Shown here piece after piece: positions 38,289 to 50,073 of a stretch of DNA of 64,000 nucleotides. The position numbers were made by a program, and so were the translations under genes. Origin of the DNA: Botryllus schlosseri (Eukaryota). The stretch is from NCBI GenBank assembly GCA_051294905.1, contig CM119371.1, positions 39,620,001 to 39,684,000 of the forward strand, read 5' to 3'. Numbering within the stretch: the stretch's first letter is position 1; each line of letters opens with the position of its first letter. The notes below the pieces were generated by a model. It was not told where the DNA came from. It made no database searches and worked only from the letters and a program-made list of their open reading frames with translations.

Positions 38289-40813
38289 TGATCAAAATTC
38301 ACACGGACCCATACCTCATCATTTTGCACCATTGTTTGCACCATAATTTGCCTGCAAACTTATGCAAAAATGGCGTATTTCGCAACCCTCTTTTATTTAA
38401 ATTACATAAGGGACACTTCTACTAGTTACATCAGTCGTAATTTTGATAGTTACGCAATTCGCATATTTCCCTTCTGTTCACACAATTTTTCTCTTGATCG
38501 CGAGTTACTTGACAACGAAAATTCTCACACGCCAGCACAACTGTCGCAAACCATAGGCCAGTGCTTTTTCAAACTGTATGACGGCTCACACCTGTGCGGG
38601 TGAAAAAAATCAGTGCGAATGATGAAATTGGTGCAAATGATGCGAATGAAGATCGTGAATAACTGGTAATTTTTCTCATGTGAAACGATTCAAACAAACC
38701 TAATAGGAAATTCAAGGGCAGTACAACTTCTGTAGTTGAGACACAATTGTAAAAACTTATTCAATTTAGGACGCACGACTGATCGTAGCTCTCACAAGCC
38801 GCAGCGAATTATTATATTCGTGCTATAATAACTACGTATCCAAAAACCTGGTTTAGCAACTGACGCAACGGCCGACATCAGTATGTCAGCCCGTCTGAGC
38901 TTGCGACAGGCTGGAAAATGACGTCAAATTGACTTTCTGCTCTCTTTTGCTAAGCATTCATCATATGTTCGTAAGAAATGTTCCATTAGTGAGAGGCACA
39001 AGGGCAACAGAAACTATCGTCATCATAGACTCACATTTGCAAGGTGCTGTTAGGCCAACAAACCTCGGATAAAATGCGGAGTCAAAAACATACGCGGCGG
39101 CCAGACTTTGGCCAGAAAAATGACCGATGCTGAATAGTTAACCCTTCAATATGCACATAATCCGCTGTCGGCACGGAATAGTCCCGTTACTTACTGCAAT
39201 CTGAGTACGCAGTAATTATAGTCGTACAACGGCGACACATACAGAAACTAAAATCACTCCAATTTGAGTTCGCGTGCGTCATACATGTTTTGTGGGCCTG
39301 CGTTGGGTAGAATTGTGATGTGCTCACTCCATATCTCTTACATGGCCGTGAAACCGTAGCAAAATACTGCCACATTCTGGTAGCGAGCTCCATTGCGCCT
39401 ATTCTCCTTAAAAGTTCTGGACTTTACTTTTGAAATCGAAACGAGCCCATACAAAAAAATCCTTTGATACGAGGTAGGCTACGTGATAGCTTAAGCTTCA
39501 TAGTATAGTCAATTTGTTGTACATCCACGAAACCCCGTCAAGCATCTTCGTCTCCCCTTGCAGAATAATCTTTGGTCAGCATGTGCGAATGAAATTAACT
39601 TAACAAAACAAGCGCGAATGGAGCCCTAAGTCCAAAAGCCCTGCACACGGCACCACCCACCGCGCAACTCCATCAAGTATACTCAACACGATAGTATCCC
39701 CGATCATCACAATTCAGTGCGCCCCCAACAGGCGCAATCAGGGCCGAATTAAAAAAACCACTCAATTTTTAACCTAGGTGTCACTTGTCGGTGTTTGATG
39801 TGTTATTAATACTGCGCATTGTACAGTGCACGACGTGTAATTTCGTTGTCAAATATTGATGCAACACGAGCTTCTCGGGGGCGAAATTTCTGAATTCATT
39901 CGATTAGTTTGAACGGGAACCTTCTATGTTCCAATGAACTTCATTGCTGGACGAATAATGTCAAGCGCAACCACATCACGGATCGAATTTCAAACCTTTG
40001 GGATATGTATTTTCATTGACAAGATCGCGGCATGCTTCCATATTGCTCTTACTGCAATAACACAAGGATAATCAAAAGCGCACCATTTTACGATCAAATT
40101 CTACTGGCTGATCCGGGCCTACGTAGGCCGTAAGTCCCGGGATGACATTAACCAGCGCGTTATCGGCATTAAAATCCCTGGCGCGCAGCCGGGGAGTTTC
40201 TCCTCTAGAACTAGAAAACCCGCTCCCTCGAAACGCCAATTCGTTAATTCGCGCCATCGATGCCGCGTACCGCAAACTAGCGACAATCATTTGTATGCGA
40301 AATCGGTCATCGATATCTCATGTGCACTATCGGCGGTGGTTTGATTTAGCGCGTTCGCATGTAGCCTTGCTACCATCCGCAGATACACTTTCACTAAACA
40401 TTAACAATCTCTGAGTGTAATAATATTTGTGTTTATGTAACTTTTTGATTGAAACTTATGCCCGCGTCTGAAAAATTGTGTTCGTTGCCTTTGCCGCACC
40501 CGGTTATTTAGGTAAGACTAACACACCATGTAATTGTAATTATTGCCGGTTTGCGACATGCATGCAATTTCGTCATCAGCGCAACCATGCCGGCCGATTG
40601 CACACATGCACAGTCGAATAAAATTGATCACTACTCCGTATTTCGCACAACGTACTCAGGCTGACTTCAGCAAACTAACGATCCTTATTAGATGTACAGA
40701 TTCAACCTCATCATTGGAAACGTAGATTCGAAACACTATCACGATTTGACGACCAAATATACATTCTAGTTGTACAAATCAAGGTGCATTATTTGCATTG
40801 ATGAGGGCCGCAA

Positions 40814-40962
40814 GCCTAGGCCAAGGTGGGTTTCTGATTCCATAGACAAATCCAAGTCGCTTCGACATCTTCCTGTCTATTCATTGTATCGCATTTTTTG
40901 TGGTGTATTGAACCGATAAAATTGCTAATAAACCAATGATGATGATGATGATGATGATGATT
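40814..40962 (+). mobile_element. 3' tail fragment of the LINE family at 50074-52766
   Basis: Near-identical to 52629-52755; ends in (GAT)n. Confidence 0.9.
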
Positions 40963-43283
40963 GTGAATCATTTTCGTGATAAATATTCTCGGAGCGCAAA
41001 GTTAAACATTATTTAATTGCGTGCGCCTACTAGTTGGAAGTCATTCCAGTGCCCATAATATTAATCCAATTATGCTTTGTCAACGTAAATCGGGAAATGC
41101 AGCGATGCACTCAAAATCGATGTTTTATAGCAACCAATTGTCGCGATGTGAGCTACTCAATATTAAGCAAAGACACATTGTGTTAGCGATAAGCGGTAAT
41201 TACTGATTGGCCGCGCGCGTTTGTAATCATAATTCTTGTTTATGTATCGCTGCTCAATCCAGCGACGAATGCCGAGCGCGCGGCAATCAATGACATAATC
41301 TCGCAAATCGGTCGCGGCTCGCGCAACGCCGACAACACGACTCGTCGACTGTAACTGAATATTAGCATAAGAATGGTGATTTCAAAAGGACGGGGTCTCG
41401 CGTTTCAAAAGGAGGGGGTCTAGACACCCCTGGCCAAAATGAGTGAGTCTCGACACCCCCATGGCCACGCGCCTGCCGCCACTCCATGCTAAAATAAAAG
41501 TCGGCGCCTATTACCGTAACTATAATATTACCGAGTCTTTCCTAGTGCTTGGTATTCGTCTAATTTTCCTCGGATCATTTAGTTTAGTTGCGTGATATGC
41601 GCAATCCAAATTTGAGTTAGGGTCGACATAACGCGGGTTATTCCTGGTATAGTTCTATTAAAACCCCAACATCGATGGCTTGAGGGTCTAAGTTCGTCCA
41701 AGGTTGACTTCAGAATTCCTAAGCCGTGTTGGTTTATCTAGGCTCCCCCGTGGCACATCATATGCGCAAGAGGTGTCTTACAAAAAGAATCCCGAAGTGG
41801 GCAGTGCCATAAGTCGGTAGTTACGGAATGAAAATGAAGAATATCGGCCTGGTGTAAATAGTTATAGTGGTCGGCGAACACCACGAATACCACAAAATCA
41901 ATAATAACCATTCTAAACTCTTTCATGGCAGTTCAACAGTACTTCCATTCATCACCGCTTGCATGGCAAATGCGATTTCCGGTGTCTTTACAGAAAGCTG
42001 GCACTGCGTTCGCCTGTACTTTAAAGTCAGAAATCAGCTACCGAGAATTTCGCATTGCGGAGAACGCTCGAGGTGTTCTGGGCCACAACTCATTTCTTGG
42101 GACATGCCTTGCATATAAAACGTTTTAATTGTAGTAGCAGAACATCCCCGTAGGCGGAATATCTATGCACCAAAATAGCGAGTATAAATCCATGAAAAAA
42201 ATGACGCTTGTAAAATTTATTTCGTCGATAATATTGGTCGTGTTATATATTACTGTCAATTATTTATGCATTTGAGCCTACGTTATCAGATTAAACGATA
42301 GAGCTGATGGTCTTAGAAAATTTTGCGCACAAGTTTATAATGATGTATCCTCAGGTTTCTAGTATGCACTTTGTTGTTATTTGTGACCCCTTATTAATAT
42401 TGTAATCATAGTCGAAATATACATTGGAATCGGCAAACGTAACAACAAAACCTTCGTTCGTGAGGCACTCACTTCTGTAGGGGGTGGATCATTTTCCTCT
42501 GCGGATCACATTTATACGGCGGGACTCAGATTACACTACCATATTAAAAACGAAAATTCCAAGCCACCCTGAATCGTGCGAAGCGCGAAAAAATGTTAAG
42601 TTTAAAATCTCCTAATGAATATTCGTTAATCCAAATGACATATTGACGGTGCCAACACATGCCGCATAATTATTGTTCAACGGGTGCATGCGACCGTACG
42701 TCTGCAGGTTGGCCATCTTTGGTCCGCTGAAATGAGGATAAACAAGGCTGCAACTTATTTACAATGCTTAATACTAATTAGGGCTAGAGGTTACGGACCA
42801 CCTTCCAGTACAGTGGTTTTCAAATGCCACTCCCTGCGACACTCTGTCTACGATCCTGTAATGATGTACCCTACGCTTATTTATAAGCACCTCGCAGATA
42901 GAACCAATTCACTATCTCTGAGCTCTCTCTGTGCATGGTTTCCTCAAGAATCATTATAGGACAGATATTGCATGCGGAACATATGTCAATTTCATCCTGT
43001 TCTAATCCAGAAGGAGCCAATTAGTCCGCAACCAACGTTTAAATATGGGGGAGAAACTCAAAAACATTTGGTTATGATATCACAAAAAGAATGTAACTTA
43101 CAAGCTATGGACAGCTGATATGAACATTGTATCATATTGCACACCCGGCCAACATGTCTGAAGCATAAAGTTGCCTGAATGTTGTGATAGCTAGTCATCG
43201 GTCTAATTTAATTCGGATCTGGTACACCCCTGTACACCCCATCTGAGTGGTACACCCTTTCAAACTTTTGGTACACCCTAGGG

Positions 43284-44373
43284 CAGGGGTGGGCAAACTT
43301 TTGAGCTCGTGGGCCGCATTCAACATCTGAATCCATTCGCGGGCCGCAGTATATAAAATCGGGATTATAAACCAAAACGCAATATTGGTATTTGATTATA
43401 TAGTGAGACATGGAGATAATATATATGCTTATTTGAAGCAAACCAAACATTGCTTCGATGATTGATATCGTACACGCGTCAGAAACGGTGGCAAGACTTC
43501 ATAGGCTGGTCGACCTCAATAACCGATTTGTCAAAAATTTGTCCAGGACACACAATGCTGACAGCATAATAACCATATTAGATTCAAACACGCTTCTACT
43601 ATGTGCAGATGAAATATAAATAAAATACCCTAATTCTACGCATACAGAGAACGAATCTACCTAAGACACGCGCGAATCGTTTTTTATAAGCACATCACCG
43701 AAATGATTAAAACCGGAGTGGCCAATCTGAAATCACACTAGTGATCCGAATTATGTCAATCTCGTTTAGGATTTCTGTGATGTTTAGCAGTTGAAACCTT
43801 TCAAACTTCGTGGGCTTTGAGAACGGGCTGTCGCGCCAGAAATTAAACGTAAAGATAATATATAGGAAGTAGTCCTATTTACCTTAGAACAGTGGTTCTC
43901 AAACTTTTAAGACACGCTTCCCCTTTATGATGGTAAAAGAGTTCGCGCCCCCCTCCCCCTATCGTCATATCACAAAACGCAACCAGGATGCTAGTAAACT
44001 TACCGGATAGGTAAATGGCAGTGAAGGTTACGACTGTGGATGAGAGATTTTGAAATGTGAAAATCAGACTGAATACATAGCAATGAAAATGAATGGCATG
44101 TAGATCGCGCGGAGCGCGAAAAAAGTTTTCAGTTGAGCTCGGTTTCGCGCTCCCCATTAGTTGCTTTCACGCGTCCGCAGTTTGAGAACCACTGCCTTAG
44201 AATTATCATGGTGAAATATACTAAGAAAAAGTGTAATCAAGTCCCAGCATTAATTTGATTTTTAGTACGCATTTTATCAATATTTTGAATAAGTTTCTTT
44301 AGGCTCTTGCGGGCCGCACAGAACGGTGTGGAGGGCCGCATGCGGCCCGCGGGCCGTAGTTTGCCCACCCCTG
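43284..44373. mobile_element. hAT MITE
   Basis: TIR CAGGGGTGGGCAAACT...AGTTTGCCCACCCCTG; TSD CCCTAGGG / CCATAGGG. Confidence 0.88.
43890..44194. mobile_element. Nested hAT MITE
   Basis: TIR CAGTGGTTCTCAAACT...AGTTTGAGAACCACTG; perfect TSD CCTTAGAA. Confidence 0.93.
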
Positions 44374-44747
44374 CCATAGGGTGTATGGAACACACGGTTG
44401 AAGATCACTGTGCTAAATCCGTAATAAAACAGCTAACATATTATTCGTGCACACAGCCAGCCTTGATTCACTTTTAATTTCTTATTAGGAATTCAGGCTT
44501 CCATCAAACTAAATCGGCAGTCTGTTTTAGTACATGTCCCTTTATTTTATTCTATTTATTGTTTTTAAACGCTCTACTATTTGACCAGAAGGAACCATTC
44601 AATCATAGCAATCTTAAGTCCTACGATACCAGTTTTTCTTGCTGGTATTTATGCAATTAAATTAAATTACACATACATACATACTGCACGCCTTGCAGCG
44701 TGCATACTGTTCATACAATTCACACAAACACATCCTTTTGTCATTAC

Positions 44748-47283
44748 CTACTTGGATTTTTCCTGTAACGTAATAGCTGTTGTACTTGTACAAGCTTTCT
44801 GGTTATTTCGTGTAGTAATTTTTCGAAGATACCTTTTATTCTTGCTCTTACAGTACCTCTTATAAGCCGTATATGTCAATAATGTAATGACGGACATACT
44901 TATTACGAAAATTATAGAATAACTATTCAGCGGGTCTTTCAACCCTTCTTCATTGTGTGCCTAAACAAAAGTTTTTCTCACCGTGTAACTAAGGTTCAAT
45001 CCTTCTTAGATTATGTAATTCTTCGCAAAAATCAAATTCACTTTGGGTCAACTCGATATTCTCAGCGTTACGTGATGTGCTGTGTTCGTTGAGGATAGTC
45101 ATTCTCGCTTCTGTGGTTTCTCATCTGTACCTTTACGTACCAATTTATCGCCTTACTACCGTAAGCATCGAATTTTGCGAGTTGATGAACTATATCGCTT
45201 CGAAGTATCAAAAGTTGTTCACAAATATTTTTCCAATAGTCTGCCTCCTGTGTTTGATGACTTTTTCATACCTGCTAAACATGTCCATTCCCATTACACG
45301 AGATCCTCGTCTAAAGGAAACATCTACTTACCCCCACCCAATAGCAACCTAACTAAGAGATCTATCGACTACTCGGGACCTATCATCTGGAATGCATTAC
45401 CACCACATATCCGTGAATTGCCTTATAATAGATTCAAAAAAGCCCTACTTGATCACCTCTTGTCGTTACACTAACACTGTTGCCCTACCTCGCCCAGACA
45501 TTGCTTCATTGATCATTTGCCACCGTTGTTTAATTTTTTTTCTATTTTCCTTTAACTAAACATTTCTTTACAGCCAGACTGTTCAGAGTCAAGTGTACCT
45601 GTTTGATGCTGGTGTGATCAGACTAGATGACCTTCACGGTCTTATCGATCATTCCTATCTAATACCGAATACTGTGCACGCATATTTTCTGTACCACCAT
45701 CACTGCCGCTTGTTATGTATTTTGGTTCGATGAAAATAAAGACTCTCTCTCTCTCTCTCTCTCTTTCTGATCTGATCGTTGAAAATATTCTGTTCGCAGT
45801 TAGCGTCCAGATTTTCGTGTCATCCTTATGGCCCTTTATTGTCGGTTCGTTTTTGCCATCTCCTGACGAAATTAACGTTGTCAATTTGGTATTTACCTTT
45901 CGACCCTGCTCTAGGGTATGGTAGTCTGCCCCGGTGTTGAAGTAATTCTCGTTTGTGACGTATTATTGGTTTGTTGCGTTTCTTCTTGCCACCTGTGTTG
46001 TGTCAGGCACCTCATTGCGGCGTGGTATCGTTTTCAGGAGCTGATCAATTACACGAATCGGTCGCGCATAGGGCTCATTTATCCGAGTGATTTCGAACAT
46101 TTTTCGTTCCCGCAATTTTGACACCGGGTTTGACATTCCACTTATTGCAGGAAATTGTGGATGAGTCGTTGTAACTGATCTCAACAGCAAACTTGTGGTA
46201 TTTTCTGTGGGTATAAGCGTTGTTTACTCGTTCTCAGGAATTGTGTCATCTGTCGTTGTGACTATGATGGTGTTAACGGAGTCGATTATCGTTTGTTGGT
46301 CGAATATTGTTGTTTCCTGAGGGATCCACGCCCTTGTTGTGTTCAAAGTGGTCCCATTACGGCCGGTTGTCCATCCATCAGCAGTCCCTGTTCTTCCCGT
46401 TAATTTAAATAGGTCGGGTTGTTTTGGTCTGGCCATCGTTATGCTAGTGGGTATGACTGGCTTAATTTTTTCGGAACTGGCCGGTTCAGGTAGAGGACCC
46501 AGGGTTGTAGTAATGGTCGTTGCAACCCTACTGACCCTTACAGGTACTGTTACCCTAGTTATAAGTCGTTGGTCCGGGACTTTCCGCCCGCAGTATAGTT
46601 CCTGTCCTCACAGTTTTCTCTCTCGAAATTTGACGCACAGGTAACGAAGTCGCGGCAGATATGCAGTCGTCGCCAATTTAGGTTGGCCTATTGACCGTCC
46701 CCACTCAAGAGTATACCTCTACGTCCTTGATCGAGAGACGCAGTCGCGGGTTCAGTGGTAATATTCGTGGTTACGGGTGCAGTGGGCGACTGGTATGTTA
46801 TTACCCCAGATCTCGTCAGTAACCCTGCAGGCTTTTCAGCCGGTGCTGATGAACTTGAGCCGACTCTGCTGGTCATGGTGCTCTTGGGCGTCATGGTGTT
46901 ATACCGTTCCTGCAAGTTAGTTATTCTCACGGATCTGTAACCTGGCGTTTGGTATATTTTGTTCAGGTGTCTCATCGGAAATGCTTGTGGTATTTATTCG
47001 TGCGACATTTGTGTACTGCCCCTGACGGTACCAAGCGCAATAGATTGTATGTCCTTAATTGACGGCCTGCGTCAGTCAAATGGTACGGTATGTGCAGGTT
47101 GTCGGGTATCTGCCGTCTTTTGTGAGGAAATGCCGTTTTTTCTTGACAGCGCGTCACTAGACGGTTCTCTCCTATATGTCTCCGTGCGATGGATAGGCAT
47201 GGTGGATATTTCACCTGCTCCATATGAGATCTAGTGAATTTAAAACCCTTATTTTCAATGTTCATGTACAGCACACATCTCAT
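44748..47283 (-). pseudogene. Decayed Thr-rich, single-pass membrane glycoprotein-like ORF (env/mucin-like)
   Basis: Series of Thr/Pro/Ser-rich ORF pieces. The frame is continuous across the LINE insertion (STIRSE|TTEARM). Ends in SIIFVISMSVITLLTYTAY followed by basic KRYCKSKNKR. Confidence 0.6.
45128..45763 (+). mobile_element. 5'-truncated CR1/L2-like LINE fragment with (CT)n tail
   Basis: ORF2 C-terminus HSHYTRSS...YSGPIIWNALPPHIR...FKKAL; AATAAA then (CT)n; flanking repeat TTTCTCATCTG / TTTCTGATCTG. Confidence 0.85.
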
Positions 47284-47489
47284 TAAAGTGAAACGTTAAC
47301 GCTCTTACCACACACCCACAATTCAGTGTTTGACACTGGGGCCGTCTATATTTACGGCGCTTAGTTCACTTGAACCGACTAATCTTCAACAAGTGTCTAT
47401 AAAGACACGAGGGGGAACATCTCCCCAGAGAGGGCACTAGTGAGCTGTGAGGCTCACAATCAATTGACAATTTCTCGTGTTACAACGAT

Positions 47490-47831
47490 GAATATCCTGA
47501 TTTCAAATATGTTATGAAGCAAAAATTGAAACAAGGATCGATCGGAACATTTTCCGATATGGTGGCTGCGACACCAAAATGCGAGGAGCTGAAGCACGTC
47601 TCACAGCTTGTGGATATTTGTGCTACATTTCAAGCATCCAGTGCGGATTGCGAAAGAGGCTTTAGTTTAATGAATCGGATCAAAACAGCATCGAGAAATC
47701 GTCTTCAAGTGGCTCATTTGGACCAGCTGATGCGCATAAAGTCAAAACTGAATACAGACGATGCCATTGACCTGGACAATGTATACAACCATTGGAGAGC
47801 TAAAAAGGACAGACGGGAAAATAAGGATTAA
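47490..47831 (+). pseudogene. hAT transposase 3' part (C-terminal dimerisation region)
   Basis: EYPDFKYVMKQ...SSADCERGFSLMNRIKTASRNRL...LMRI. Joins in frame to 6443 once the insertion and one ACGAT copy are removed. Confidence 0.92.
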
Positions 47832-49035
47832 ATGTAAAGGGAGATTGCGATCTAGATACGACGGGGTCTTAAATTTGAGATAAATTTGTGAACAATTTTG
47901 GAAGCACTCATTTTTTTCAGAAAGGCACCGCACTCGAACTGAAGCCAAAACACCCTCAAAATACGCGCCACAGCACACGTGCGATATCCATGATGTCTAG
48001 ATTTATCGTTATTGCGCATGAATGCGTCTTAGCCCTTTGCGATCCCACAGATTCGCACGTGTGCTATGGTGCATATCCCGAAAATATTTCAGTTACAGCC
48101 CAAACGCGGTGGCTTTCTGAAAAAAAATGCCCTCAATGGCCGAGCGTCAAGTCAAAACCACATCATGTTCAGAGCGCAGTTCCCCTTCTTCACTCATAAT
48201 GAGATTATTTGGTGCCATGCAATAGAACTAAATGTAAATGTTGTACTGTGATTCTATCAATAAATCATGTGACTTGAATGGATACACGCACGTCTGGTTT
48301 TAAGCACAGGACCGTAACTGCCGCACCCAGACCCCCCGAGCTCGAAGGGGCCGCAAATTATTGAAATCAAATCGTGAATTAACATAAATCATGGAGTATG
48401 TTTTTGGAAATTTATGCAACTTCTTCAAAGAAGAAATACCAATTTGAAATGGTGTACGTCTTTTAGTTTAGTACGTTTGGGCGATTTCAATATCTTTTGA
48501 CATAGCAGATTGGAGGTCACGAAATAGCATCAAGTAAGTAAGTCATTATACCAACGGGTAGGCCTACGCCCGAAGATATTCAATTATTATTTAGGGGTCC
48601 TACCTTTTCCAACACATCTCACTCAATCAGGTTAACCGGTAAATCTGATTACGTGAGCAGAGACAGGATAAAAATTGATAGCAATATATACGCAAATTCC
48701 CGATGATATTGACCGATTTGATCATGAATTATAGATAAAATTTCGCGCGTTTAGCCGGAACGCCCACTAAACGAAGACCGAACATAGATGACTAGTAGCA
48801 GCGAAAAGCGTGTAGGCCGAGGGGGGGTCTGGGGTTTATCACCCTATAGGGGGCCTGGTTGCGCACTGCTGTCCAAGGGCCTGCGCAGTGAGTTGGCGTA
48901 TTTGCGCAGACTCGTGAAAAATTAGAGGGAACATTGCTCAAGAGCATCACTAACGCACTGATCAGCACTCCTTGGCGTTGACTTTCAACTTGTTTAATGG
49001 TCTCTCGTTTAAATAATATGGAAAAGCACCATAAT

Positions 49036-49531
49036 TAGGGCTGGGCAAAATCGTGTACCTGAGACCTGAGTGTTTCGATTCTGAATCACGTATTATGCTT
49101 CGAGTCGAGTCGAGTATTCGAGTATCCCTCATTATGACGTCACAACATAATGTTCTATGTCAAAGTTCAAATATCTACCTATCATTTTAGATAAATTAGA
49201 TAACCTTAGTTATCTTTACTTTTATGGCACCACAAAGAACATAATGCCTGTTATCCATCACATTAAGGATACTTTGGTATTTTTTTGACCATACCGATTT
49301 CATTGGACTTCTTGGCATTATTGTCGGATATGATCATGAATTCGGAAATGTGTTATTTCCATTAACGTTCGTAGCTTTGTACTACGTCTCGTATGCTGCA
49401 ACACGGCCAATCTAGGTTTCAATGATTACTCAGTGGAAAATAGTACCTTTCAGTTGCCAGGAGCGTATAATTCTATTCCTCGAAAAAAATCACTTTTTAC
49501 TGCTCGACTCGAATCATTGTGCCCAGCCCTA
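49036..49531. mobile_element. hAT MITE with TCGAGT subterminal motifs
   Basis: TIR TAGGGCTGGGCA...TGCCCAGCCCTA; flanks ACCATAAT / ACTAGAAT; inverted paralog at 55302-55799. Confidence 0.82.
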
Positions 49532-50073
49532 ACTAGAATCACCTTAAAGTTGTTTTTCACAATTCTTCAATTGAAATCAAATTTACTTGAACATACCATG
49601 GCTTCACAAGAAACAACTATCAGGTTCAGTTTATAATGGCTTAGTGGTTCTGGATGATTGATTCCGTCAATTAAATTGAAGAAAATGTAATTGTAAATAC
49701 AATGTTATGCAAAAATTGCTGCTTGTTGTTGGGCTTGTCTCAGCTGAAAATTCGCTTTATTTGGGCTTGTTTTTCAGATTTTTTTGCTTGTTGTTGTAAA
49801 ATAACCTGGCAACACTGCAGTGCTGAAGGAGTGGAAGTGTAAGGAGGAGTTGAATAGGTTCGCGTTTCGTTGTAACTGTTTTGGAATTTTGGATTTAATC
49901 TACAGGGTTGGTGCGATGACATGCAAAATAAGGTCAAAAACATGCAAAATAAGGTCAGACGATTCTTACGATTACGGGGTGAGTCGCATGTAGAATATTA
50001 AGAGTCCGCGTATAAATCCAAATATTTACTTCAAATCCTACTTTTTTCTTATGCCACTGACATTATTCTGCAA

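Larger units (their letters stand above)
6444..47484 (-). mobile_element. 41-kb insertion with integrase-type ends containing Gypsy-like gag/pol relics and nested elements
   Basis: Starts TGTAAC, ends GTTACA; ACGAT at 6439-6443 and 47485-47489; removal restores the hAT reading frame. Confidence 0.85.
1438..48936 (+). mobile_element. Probable outer limits of the hAT element that encodes the split transposase
   Basis: 15-bp TIR CAATGTTCCCTCTAA at 1438 and TTAGAGGGAACATTG ending at 48936. Flanks CTTACGAG / CTCAAGAG match 6 of 8. Related right ends also occur at 1616 and 34274, so this pairing is uncertain. Confidence 0.45.
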
